Below, one piece after another: positions 10,762-21,693 of a DNA stretch of 29,600 bases. How positions within the stretch are numbered: position 1 is the stretch's first letter; each line of letters opens with the position of its first letter. The notes under the pieces are model-generated. The model was given only the letters and a program-made list of their open reading frames with translations, did not search any database and was not told the origin of the DNA. The DNA comes from Azolla caroliniana (taxonomy: Eukaryota; Plantae; Polypodiophyta), in contig JBHGNT010000386.1 in assembly GCA_043228905.1 (NCBI GenBank), positions 1 to 29,600 of the forward strand, read 5' to 3'. A program made the position numbers and the translations under genes.

Positions 10762-11408
10762 TGTCAAGGTTTTCCTCGCGGATGCGTGGAATGAGGCGGG
10801 ACCTCGGGGGTCCTGTACCAAAGAGAAAGAGAGAAGGGAGAAGATGCCCACTACATGCGAGAGTAGATTCACAGGGACACGGCCCTTCGACGCAAGGACG
10901 CGAGTGGGACATCGACACAGGAAGACACAAATGTATGTATGTATTAACAAAGACAACAACAAGAACACGGGAGCAATAAAAAAAAAACACGAAGTCGGTT
11001 ACAACCGAACAGGCCGGCGAACAAATGTCGATGCCTGTTCGTAAACGCACAGAAAGACAGGAGCAGATTGGAGGTGCTGCCGGAAGCACTCGGGCATTCC
11101 TCAGAGCAGCGCGAGCCTCCCGAAACCTGCACAGAAGGGAGCTATGGAGTTTGCGAACCAGAGAGAGAGAGAGAGAGAGAAGCCTTCACACGCAAACCGA
11201 CAGCACTTCGTCCTCGACTCTCCACGATTCCTCTACCCTCCTCGTCTCCCTCCTTTTATAGGCAAGGAAGGAGCCGTTTCCCCTTTACTCCCTACCTACC
11301 GAATCTACCTAGGATCTCCTATGTACAACTTAAGGCGCACGTGCATGAAGAGTCGGTTTCTACGCTCCGGTGCACGGATTCCGCTCGTGGACGGTTTTCT
11401 TCATGACA
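10762..11408 (-). repeat. 5' LTR of element A (647 bp)
   Basis: TGTCA...TGACA termini; 3 nt from the PBS; TATAAAA at 11260-11254; (CT)n at about 11160-11180. Homology to B's LTR begins right after 11408. Confidence 0.88.
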
Positions 11409-12005
11409 GCGCGCGTCCAACCTGCACCGTATACGCATCCGTGCACAAAAGTCTCATCCGCGCCATACTTTACGCATCCACACATGCGCGCGTGCGCACA
11501 CACGCGTCCGTCCGAAACGTCCACGCGTACGTCCACGCATGCGCGTGTGCACACACACGCGTCCGTCCGAAACGTCCACGCGTACGCCCGAAACTTGCAC
11601 ACACTCGTACATCCAAAGACGTCCATGCGCACGTACTTCCGAAAACGTCCACGCAACCATGTAGACGCGCGTATGCCCGAAGCGTGCACACCACATAGTG
11701 TAACCCAAGTCACCTTGAACATCTTATGCTCCACACATTGATAGAATGAATATGTTTTGGTTTCCCTTATATATTCTGGGTTCCAATGTTGTCCTATCTA
11801 TGTGGGATATCTCACAATTTTGTCTTTTCTTTTCTTTTCTTCAAACTTTATACTCACATAACTTGATACTTGTTTATCCGTTTTATGCGTAGTAAAATAT
11901 GCTATGAAGCTCTTTAAACATCTATCTTTCCATATCCATAGATTAAGCTAATCGTAAATAATTATTTTACTGGTTTTCATATCGTGTGTGAAAAACCACA
12001 CGACA
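11409..12005 (-). repeat. U3 portion of B's 3' LTR, interrupted by element A
   Basis: Matches about 24050-24801, with about 7 differences in the 315-bp non-repetitive part; ends CACGACA next to the PPT. Confidence 0.93.
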
Positions 12006-12017
12006 TTCACCCCCACC
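12006..12017 (-). other. Polypurine tract of element B
   Basis: GGTGGGGGTGAA on the minus strand immediately before the LTR start TGTCGTG. Confidence 0.85.
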
Positions 12018-12071
12018 AAACCTGTACATCCACCGGTATGTGCCAATTGTGGTGAGGTTCCTCTTTTTTAA

Positions 12072-15000
12072 TTACTCTTCTTCAACCTCGATGTTCGAGG
12101 ATACATCATCTAGATCTTCGATCTCAAGATTTGGGGCTTCTCTTCTCTTAAAGATCTTGATCCTCTTCCCTGCTATCGGCAAAGCAAGTCAAGTTCCATC
12201 CAACTCCGCTAAAAAATAGGTTGCATTGCTTTCTACTTTCTTGACCATATACGGGCCAAACCATCGTTTTGCGAACTTTCGAGCAGTGCTATATTGATTA
12301 TCGAGACTACGATCATAGATAAGAACCCAATCTCCTTCTCTTTGTCGAAGACGATGCTTTCTATCAAAATTCTCCTTGTTCTTCAATCAAGCTTGGCGCA
12401 ACCGTTCTATTGCCAACTCGACATCTTCGGGCCTTCGTTCTAATTGTTGAATCCTCGTGGCTAGCAAGTCTTCCCGACTCATTTCCTCTTGCCATGTCAA
12501 AGACGTCCATGAAGCAACACTTTGCTCAATAGGCATTATTGGTTTTTTTCCTAATATGAGTTCGGCGGGCATATATCCCGTAGTCGTGCTATGTGTAGTT
12601 CTATCTTCCCACAATGCATAAGGTAGTAATCGTGGCCAATTTCCCATCTTGTCGTCGCAAGCCTTTGCTAGAGCTTTTACAATTGGACTATGTACTCGTT
12701 CCACCTTCCCATTTGCGTCCGGGTTGTATGCCATGGTGAGCGATAATTTGACGCCTATTCTTGAAAAGAACTCTTTAGCTTCATTCGCATCTAATTATCC
12801 TCTATCGGCCACTATTTTGCTGACACATCCGTATCGACAAATAACATCTTCAAGGAGAAACCTACAAACCGCCGAAGTTGTTTTATTCCTTAGAGCCCGT
12901 CCTTCTACTTGGTTGGTGAGATCCTCTCTTGCTAGCACGAGATATTTCAATTGCCCCAATCCCATTGGCATAACCACTATGTCTACCAACCACTTATAGT
13001 GCATTGATAATGGATATGTCGGATGAAGTTCATCCCTATGTTGAATATTCGAGTATAATTGGCATTGCTCACATGTTTCAACATAGCTTGCTACATCTTT
13101 GTAAACACCCGGCCACCAATACTTCTCCTTGAGCTTTCCAAATGTTGCCCATATACCACGATGACCTGCCCACACACTATCATGAAATTCAACAATTAGT
13201 GTTTGTTGATCCTGTTTCTTGCACACCACTCGAAGTGGAGTTCCATTCTTTTTCTTCGGAAACTTCCATAGATGTCCTTCTTTGAGGAAGAACTTGTAGG
13301 CCTTCTTCCTAATTCGGTAGAAGTCTTCCTTTGACCATGATTCATCTTTTGTAAGAGAGCTTAAGTATTTGCCAATTTCGATGAATTCGCCCTCATAGTC
13401 TTCTACTTTGAAGATTGCTAGCACCCGAGCACAAGAAACCGTAAAGAAGTTTAGGCCAACATCCTCTTCGTCGGAGTGCAAATCTTCTTCACACTCATAC
13501 CTCGCCCTTGACAACATATCGGCCACCACATTATGCTTTACATTTATATGCCGAATCTCGTGGTTGAGGGACTTGATATAGGCAATCCATCGCAGCATAA
13601 CAATATCCGGTGTAGCACAACCGGATATCATTCCGAGAATAGGTAGACAGTCGGTTTCGATTATGACCTCTGTTCCTATAAGGTAGTCACGGTCGGTTTT
13701 AACCGCGGATACTATTCCCCATAGCTCTCTCTTTACTTGAGCATACTTCCTTTGTCTTTCGGTTAACACCTTCGCACCGAATCGGATTGCATACCGATTC
13801 TTTTCTTTGTCTTCTTGGTTTATCACCCATCCAATTCCGGTTGGGCTCGTATCCACTGTCACATATATCGGGGTACCATCGGTGTAGTCGGCTTTGCGCA
13901 GTGCTGGAGCTTCCAATAATAGTTTCTTTAGCTTTCGAATCGCGTAGGTATGCTCATCTTCCCATTCGAAATTCTTCCTTTTCTTTAATAGTCCATACAA
14001 TGGTTTAGCAACATGGGCATAATGTGGAATCCATATGTGATAGAATGCACATGCTCCCAAGAATCTACACACCTCCGTTTGAGACACACATTCTTCTTTC
14101 ATCTCTTGAATAGCGTTCACCTTGGATGGAGATGGTTTCCGGCCATAAGACCCACATAAGTGTCCTACTACCAATATTTCTGGTTGACCGAATGTAGACT
14201 TCTCTCCCGAAAGCATGAGATTCGCATCCTCAAGCTTTTGCAACACCTTCTCGCCATCCTTTATATGATCGATGACGAATCTTCGACAACCATCTTCATC
14301 TTTCGATTCATCTTTCTCTTCCATCAAGCATCCTTTGATTGGAATGTCATCTAAGAAGGGCATTGTCATATCGGGGATGCAATCCCTCAACACTTTATTC
14401 ATGGCATTCATCATGTGGGCTACGGAATTTGTTGCACCTTGGGGTAAGGTGCACATCCTTACCAACCCGATCGGCATCCTCATTGTTGTTATGTCTCTAC
14501 TATCAACGACCAATTGAAATTGATCATAGCCCGAGTAGAGATCTCCAATGGAATAGATCGATCTTCCCCCGAAGGCTTCGACAAATTCATCCACGCTTGG
14601 ACCAATTCCGGCATTTCGGATCGTCACCTTGTTGACGAGTTGGAGATCTTGTATAAAGTGTAAGGACCCGTTCTTCTTCGGCACCGTAAACCATCTATTA
14701 GAGTAGGGAGCATTGGATGGCTCAAGAATTCCCATCCTAACCTTTTCCTTTAGAAGCTCAATCAACTTTGGAATGTGAGCTCTTGGAACCGGTATCGGTT
14801 TGAGGTTCCAAGGTACATGTGGCACCGTAAAAATCACCATCGGCTCTATCATCTTCGGGTCGGCACATCCGATCTCTTGTGGAGAGAAGGCAAAGGCTTT
14901 CCCATGTCTCTCAATCATTCCGCGGAACATTCTCTCCTCTTCGGGGAGAAGGAAATCTTCCCTTCCAACTTGTAGCTTTCCTTTCGTCTCTTTGATGAAG

Positions 15001-15493
15001 ACATTTAAGCTCGGATCATTGGCAACTTCTTTCATCTTCTGCCAGCTATCTTCCGGTAGCGGAACCGCAATTGGCTTGATCTTCTTATCCACCCTTTTAT
15101 ATTTTGTGTTGACTTCAACTTCCTCCATCAAGATGCCTCGATGATATTCATCGATGATAGCGTACATGTTGACGGAGTTAACCAAAATCACATTTTGATC
15201 GTGAGGGTAGCTCAAGTCCACGACTTCCTCGATTTCACCAATGGTGTCGTTAAATGAGGCTTCCTCTATAATATGAGACACGGATTCTTCTTCTTCGATT
15301 ATGCTTTCTTCTTTCAGCATCTTCTCGAAGTCTTGTATCTTACGCTTGTCCTTCTTGTTGAGTACTGTTAGTTTACATGCGCCACTAGGTGTCACACATG
15401 TTGCTTCTCCTTGCGATCCACTTATTTCGCTTACTTGTGGGGACTTATGATTGCTCGGACTATTTGTGCCCCACGCTTCAATAGTCCGCTCTA
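12072..15493 (-). pseudogene. pol: pol of element B (RT, RNase H, integrase)
   Basis: Same motifs as A (DLYSGYDQ, PFLDD, TVDTS, FHDSVWAGH/CEQCQ, ADRG); in-frame nonsense codons at 12795, 12387 and 12189. Confidence 0.94.
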
Positions 15494-15500
15494 AAAATCC
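15437..15500 (-). promoter_or_regulatory. Putative -1 ribosomal frameshift signal of element B (G GAT TTT plus pseudoknot)
   Basis: Heptamer at 15500-15494 before TAG; stem CGGACTATT/AATAGTCCG; loop GTGGGG pairs with CCCCAC; the -1 frame reads FLERTIEAWG... directly into the 866-aa pol ORF. Confidence 0.82.
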
Positions 15501-16517
15501 GAGGATTCGCCTCCAAGGCTATCTCGGTTCCTTTCGTGATTAGCCCGCACCGTAAGGAATTGAACACATCTTTGATTGTCAAGGCTCTTCACTCGCGCGA
15601 AGGCCGCTTCGTTATCGAACACCTTAGTCTCCATCCGGGACGATGTGATATATGGTTGTCCTAGGATGACGGGATGTGAAGCCGAGTCTTGCACGAAGAA
15701 GTGTTGATCCATCTCCACATCTCCGATCGTGACTTTAACATTGGGGCAAGCTCCGTACAGGTCTTCCTTGGCCTTCGTTGCCTCTCGTATCTTCCATCTG
15801 TGGTTTGTGTTGATCGGCCATCTTCCTTTCTTGTAGAATTCGGTCGACATGAGGTTGATCTCCGAACCATGGTCAATCAAGGCTACCACGGTCTCCTTCT
15901 TCTCTTCGATCTTCACCGGCATCTCTGTTGTCGCTCTGGCCCAATGAGGCCGAGAGTAATGGCTGTCCGCCATCACTTCTTCTTCCTCCTCCTATTCGGA
16001 TCTTGCCACGGTTATGGCACTTGCTTTCACCTCTTCTTCATCCGATTGTTGCCGCTTCAGCTTAGTCAAGTCCACGATAGTATCGTGGAACTCCTTAGCG
16101 ATCCCAAGTAAGGTCGACATGATTGTCTAAAACCTTCTCCTCAAGGACCTTCCGCAAGTTGGTTGTTTGTTCTATGTCCGAGCTTAGCTTGTAAGTCGGC
16201 GCCACTCGTTCCTTTCCTTTCTTCATAGATTCATCGACTTGCATCCGAGAAGGTTGGCTCGATCCACCAGGCTTCATGCTTGTTTCTCCTATCTCTTTTC
16301 GTGGCGTAGGTTGGGCTTGTCCTTCTTTCCCTGCATTCCTTGTATTGTGACACTTTGAGGTGCCATCTTCTTCACTGGTTCTTTTCCTCTTCTCTTTGAC
16401 AAGAGCCTCATAGTTTAGGGTTACTCGTCTCACATTCTGATCAGCATGTTTGAGATCCTCCAAATCTATTTTTCCTTTCTTTTCACACTTGAATACCGTT
16501 GGCCAAAACCCAATTCC
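15491..16517 (-). pseudogene. gag: C-terminal gag and protease of element B
   Basis: YKLSSDIEQTTNLRKVLEEKVLD; VALIDHGSEINLM...VILGQPY; homologous to A 8923-9900. Confidence 0.9.
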
Positions 16518-16895
16518 TGTCATGAGATCTATTGTAATTCATAGAATATTATTTTCATTTATGTTTTATTATAAGAAAGTAATGTATATTCCAGATTTCT
16601 CTGGAACATTCTAGAAGCTTCAGGATTATTCCTGAGAACACTATAAAAGAAGGCACTAAGCATTATGTTGAACCAAATTGGTTCAACACCAGTCTTAAGC
16701 CTCTTAGTCGATTTGTACTTATCATTCATATAATATAAGAGCTGTTGTCATCATCCTATTTCTCTCTCTCTCTCCTCTTCTCACTTCCTCTCTCTCGGGA
16801 ATCTTACGCAGTCCCGTCCTCTTAGTACTAATAGTACTAATAGTACTACTCTTCTTAGTACTAATTCCATCTCTGTTTTAGTACTATTCCTGACA
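16518..16895 (+). repeat. 5' LTR of element C (378 bp)
   Basis: TGTCA...TGACA; TATAAAA at 16642; identical by eye to the 3' LTR except for a 60-bp gap. Confidence 0.97.
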
Positions 16896-16909
16896 GTTTG
16901 AACCAATTT
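16896..16909 (+). other. Self-priming type primer-binding site of element C
   Basis: GTTTGAACCAATTT, with no TGG start; 12 nt are complementary to AAATTGGTTCAA at 16675-16686, 33 nt after the TATA box. Confidence 0.8.
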
Positions 16910-16964
16910 CTCCCTCTAGCCTACTTGTCACTCTCCCTCATCTTCCTACCCTTTCCCCTATACT

Positions 16965-18122
16965 ATGGCTACTGTTAGCGCCCAAGAATACCAATCCGTT
17001 TTCTCCGAGCTACAGTGCCTAAAAGAAAAGTTTGTTGCCTTGGAACAAGAAAACCAACGGCTGATAGGGGATCTGCAACAAATCGCTCTAGAAAAACAAC
17101 AAACGCAACAACAACATGGGGAGTTAGCGTTACGGGTACAACAACTCGAAGCAGCGTTGCAACAACAAGGATCCAGTCCCCAAGGATTTCATAAAGAGCC
17201 CAAGATTGGACTTCCTGTGAAATTTGATGGAACGCGTTCGCAATTTCGGGGATTCCTTAATCAGGTACGCTTAGTCATCCAGATGCATCCTTCCCGATAT
17301 CCCACTGATGCATCTCGAGTCGGCCTAATAGGCACGCTACTTAGCGGCTCAGCCTTGGCATGGTTCGCTCCGCTTCTAGAAAAACAATCGCCCTTGCTTA
17401 ATAACTTTGAAGATTTTATTGGTGAGTTTAAAGCCTGCTTTGGAGACACCGACAGCATCAGGACGGCGATCAACAAGATCCGGCGATTGCGTCAAGGCGA
17501 TCGTCCAGCCTCTGCCTACGCGGCGGATTTCCGCCTACTTGCTTCAGATATACCCTGGGATGATCAAGCACTAATGGAGCAGTTTCGCTATGGCTTGCGA
17601 AACGATGTCAAAGATCTACTTCTAACTTTCCCCGAAGAACCAAAGTCTCTTACGGAGGCAATCAGTCGAGCAGTTCGATGTGACAACCGCCTTTTTGAAC
17701 GGCGTTCAGAACGTCAATTACAGATACCACGCTCTAGGCCAGAGCCCACTTACGCCGCAGTTGCGGCTAAACCGTTTGCACGAGACATACCTCAAGCAAA
17801 TACTTCGACGCCGATGGAGATCGATACCATGCGTCGACGCGGCCCGTTATCGGAAGAAGAAAAGCAACGACGACGTGCCAATCGATTATGCCTTTATTGC
17901 GGTGGACCAGGACATATCGCCATCAATTGTCCCCATAGGCCAAGAAGACAGGTAAATCAAATTGTCGCCTGTACTAAACCTGAGTCAATTCTTCCCTTCG
18001 GAGTGTCTGATAGTAGTAATAGTACTAATAGAGTGTCAGATAGTATTCATAGTACTAATAGCCCAAGTATCTCAAATAAATTTGAAATCCTTAGTCAATT
18101 AGATGAAGAGTTAAACGATTGA
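16965..18122 (+). CDS. gag: Gag of element C (coiled coil, capsid, CCHC knuckle)
   Basis: Intact 385-aa ORF; PVKFDGTR, LRQG...AYAADF, QFRYGL, PMEID, CLYCGGPGHIAINC. Confidence 0.95.
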   Translation: MATVSAQEYQSVFSELQCLKEKFVALEQENQRLIGDLQQIALEKQQTQQQHGELALRVQQLEAALQQQGSSPQGFHKEPKIGLPVKFDGTRSQFRGFLNQVRLVIQMHPSRYPTDASRVGLIGTLLSGSALAWFAPLLEKQSPLLNNFEDFIGEFKACFGDTDSIRTAINKIRRLRQGDRPASAYAADFRLLASDIPWDDQALMEQFRYGLRNDVKDLLLTFPEEPKSLTEAISRAVRCDNRLFERRSERQLQIPRSRPEPTYAAVAAKPFARDIPQANTSTPMEIDTMRRRGPLSEEEKQRRRANRLCLYCGGPGHIAINCPHRPRRQVNQIVACTKPESILPFGVSDSSNSTNRVSDSIHSTNSPSISNKFEILSQLDEELND

Positions 18123-18154
18123 GTCCAGCCAAAATAGGAGCCATTTGGTTGGAC
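18110..18154 (+). promoter_or_regulatory. Putative -1 frameshift signal of element C (G TTA AAC plus 11-bp hairpin)
   Basis: The heptamer lies in the roughly 15-nt gag/pol overlap; 6-nt spacer; stem GTCCAGCCAAA/TTTGGTTGGAC. Confidence 0.8.
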
Positions 18155-21100
18155 AGCAGCCCTAGATCTGTACAGCCCATTAGTGGTTCCATTCCTTCCA
18201 AGCAAGTTAGCAATGTGTTCCTAGCCCAAGTCATTGTTAGTACTAAAAGTACTCCCCCAGTACCCGTCCTAGCACTTTTAGATTCCGGAGCTAATTCCTG
18301 TTTCATGGATCGAAATTTTGCCCAAGCTTCTCAGATATCCTTAAGAAAACTTCCTTGTCCCGCATCTGTAGTGGTCATTGATGGTCGTCCCATTGCTTCC
18401 GGGAATATTGTAGAAGAATCAGAACCCATTCAAGTTGTCCTAGGTAGTTTTGTGTGTATAATATCATTTAATATAATTAGTAGTCCAGAGCATCCCATTG
18501 TCCTAGGATTACCTTGGCTTGAGTTACATAATCCAGCCATAGATTGGAGAACAAGAGAAGTCCGATATCGACCACCCCAAGAATCAACTCGCCGAGTTTC
18601 GACCATTTCACTCCATCAACTACGCGAAGAAGGACCCAAGGAGGCAATGTTCCTATTTTCCATATCAGTACATCCTTCCAACACTATTAAGAAGGACTCC
18701 TCAGTACAACTTCCGGCAAAATATCATCCTTATGCCGATGTATTTGACAAGGTAAAAGCCGGTACCCTTCCTCATCACCGTCCCTATGACTGTCCCATCC
18801 CAGGAACCGAGCCACCATGGGGACCAATTTACAACCTGTCACCCACCGAGTTAGAAGTCCTTCGAGCCTACATAGAGGAGAACTTGGCAAGCGGGTTCAT
18901 CCGTCATTCGAAATCTCCGGCCGGTGCACCCATCTTCTTTGTCAAGAAGAAAGATGGCTCACTTCGTCTTGTCGTTGATTACCGCGGATTAAATAAAGTC
19001 ACCATCCGGAATAGGTATGCACTTCCTCTTATATCAAGTCTTTTAGAGCGAGTTAATGGTGCCAAGTTTTTTACTAAAATCGACCTACGCGGAGCGTATA
19101 ATCTCGTGCGGATCCGACCGGGAGATGAGTGGAAGACCGCTTTTCGCACGCGGTATGGGCATTTTGAGTATACTGTTATGCCGTTTGGCCTAACCAATGC
19201 ACCCGCAGTCTTCCAACACATGGCAAATGATATATTCAGAGACCTCTTGGATATCTGTTTGATCATTTATCTGGATGATCTGTTGATTTATTCGAAGACC
19301 CAGGAAGAGCACGACTCTCATGTACTATTAGTACTAAAGCGACTCCGCGAGAATGGTCTTTATGCCAAGCTAGAAAAATGTAGCTTTGACTGCAAGCAAG
19401 TGGAATTTCTAGGCTACGTCATCTCCTCAAAGGGCATCGCCATGGATCCAGCTAAGATCCAAACTGTACTAGATTGGCAAATTCCACGGTCGGTACGAGA
19501 TGTACAATGTTTTCTAGGTTTTGCTAACTTCTACCGTAAGTTTATACAGGATTACTCGAAGATTATTTTACCTCTCACACAACTTACGAAGAAGGGCCAA
19601 GCATTTCTTTGGTCCATTGAAGCAGATATGGCTTTTCGGCATCTTAAGAAAGCCTTTACATCAGCACCGATTCTAGCTCATGTGGATACAAGCAAACCAT
19701 TCATCATGGAGGCCGACGCATCAGATTTCGCCCTCGGTAGCATCCTTTCTCAACAAGGTGATAAAGAAGAGTTGCATCCGGTGGCTTTTCATTCCCGCAA
19801 ATTCGATGTCGCAGAAATCAACTACGAAATACATGACAAGGAGTTATTAGCCATCGTGGATTCATTTGTACAATGGCGGCATTTCTTAGAGGGCTCTCCA
19901 CATCAGGTCATTGTCTTCAGCGATCATAAAAATCTTGCTTATTTTCAGAACGCTCGCGTACTAAATCGACGGCAAGCTCGGTGGGCGCAATTCCTCACGC
20001 GTTTCGACTTCAAAATCACATATCGACCGGGGAAGCAGCAAGGAAAAGCAGATGCACTATCACGACGTTCATATCTTGCACCTCGTCCTGGTGAAGCAAC
20101 ATTTGATAATCAAAAGCAAGTAATCTTGGGACCAACACGATTGCACACGACGCGGATTTTTCACACCCCGATGGATTCACGGATTACCGATGACATACGT
20201 GCAACCTTGAAGACGGATAGTTTTGCTCAAGACATCCTGGCGCACATTGATACTTCTCGGGCATCCTGTTCTCAGTCTCAACAACCAGGTATTGACTACC
20301 GACAATTCGAATATCATGATGGTTTGTTATTCTTTAAAAAGCGCGTATATGTCCCCGATTGCTCCTGTCGCCTTCAAATTGTCCAACATTGTCACGACAC
20401 CCATACGGCGGGACATTTCGGTAGTACTAAGACGTTGGAGCTAGTGCAGTGATCTTTTTGGTGGCCCCACATGCGCCGTTTTGTCGACGACTACGTTCGG
20501 ACCTGTGATGCTTGCTGCCGAGCAAAGATGCCACGACACCATCCATATGGCTTGTTGGAACCTTTACCAATTCCAAGTAAGCCATGGCAGTCTATTTGTC
20601 TTGATTTTATTACAGATCTGCCGGTCTCGAAAGGGTTCGATGCTATCCTAACCGTCGTCGATCGATATACGAAGATGGCACATTTTGTGCCATGTACTAA
20701 AGCCATCACTAGCGAGGAAACCGCCGCTCTTGTTATGCGTGAGGTTTTTCGGCATCATGGCCTCCCAGACAGTATTATCAGTGACCGAGGCCCGCAATTT
20801 GTCTCCAAATTTTGGCAGCATCTCTTCAAGATGCTCAAGGTCTCCTGCAACCTCTCCTCCGGCTACCATCCTCAAACCGACGGACAGGCGGAACGAACAA
20901 ACCAAACGCTGGAGCAATATCTCCGGTGTTTCCTGAGTTATCAACAAGACGATTGGGCCGAGATTCTCCACTTTGCGGAGTTTGCGTATAATAATGCTAT
21001 TCACTCCTCGACTCGGGTCTCCCCATTTTTCGCTTATACCGGTTTCCATCCTCGCTGGTCGGTGATCGACACTCCGGAGCTACCTACCAACCCTCGTGCC

Positions 21101-21682
21101 GAGGATCATTTGGAGAGGCTACGCAAGATCCAGATGGATCTCTCTACTCACCTTCGTCATGCTCAACACACACAGAAGACTTATGCGGATCGTCATCGGA
21201 TTCCCTCCTCTTTTGCCATCGGAGATCGAGTATGGCTCTTACGTCGTCACATCAAGACTACTCGACCGTGCGACAAGTTGGATTATCGACGACTCGGTCC
21301 TTTCCGTATTACGGGGAAGATTAATGATGTCACCTTCCGCCTTGATCTCCCTCCGCAGCTTCAGATACATCCGGTTTTCCATTGTTCTCTTCTTGAACCT
21401 TATAAAGCAAACACCATTCCCGATCGTGTGACACCACCGCCGCCCCCACTGGAGTTGGACGCCGGCCCGGAGTATGAAGTTGCTGCCATCCTCGATTCCA
21501 AACTTGTTCGCAACAAACTCTATTACTTGGTCGATTGGCTCGGTTATGGTCCGAGTGAACGTACTTGGGAACCCGTCGAGAATGTTGCCAATGCACAAGA
21601 TCTTCTTGCTGATTTCCACCGAAAGTATCCGGACAAACCCGGTCCGCAAGTAGCGCTGACTCGTTCCACTCGTCGTCTTTAA
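18110..21682 (+). pseudogene. pol: pol of element C (protease, RT, RNase H, integrase, chromodomain) with one premature TGA at 20450-20452
   Basis: LLDSGA; KIDLRGAY, MPFGLTNAP, IYLDDLL; EADASD; HHCC, LDFI/SDRG/QTDGQAER; GPF; chromodomain EYEVAAILD...YLVDWLGY...TWEP. Confidence 0.95.
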
Positions 21683-21693
21683 GGGGGAGATAG
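21681..21693 (+). other. Polypurine tract of element C
   Basis: AAGGGGGAGATAG immediately before the 3' LTR. Confidence 0.93.

Larger units (their letters stand above)
1..11408 (-). mobile_element. Ty3/Gypsy LTR retrotransposon A (non-chromovirus, tRNA-Trp primed), degenerate; 3' LTR lies left of the window; interrupted by a Copia element
   Basis: 5' LTR at 10762-11408 and PBS at 10741-10758, then gag with CCHC, protease, RT, RNase H and integrase in Gypsy order. The window start matches the PPT-proximal sequence of element B (about 12014-12050). Confidence 0.92.

Noticed and set aside
9436-11044. Long plus-strand ORFs (294 and 350 aa) antisense to A's gag
   Set aside because: Expected in GC-rich sequence; not preserved in B; no recognisable domain.
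11144-11741. Several overlapping ORFs on both strands
   Set aside because: They arise from stop-poor CG/CA repeats inside LTRs and show no protein motifs.
10762-12005. A single chimeric LTR shared by A and B in tandem
   Set aside because: A's LTR closes with TGACA at 11408, exactly where homology to B's LTR begins, so nested insertion explains it better.
20450-20452. Programmed stop-codon readthrough in C's pol
   Set aside because: It lies inside the integrase zinc-binding region at a usual Arg position; CGA to TGA deamination is simpler.
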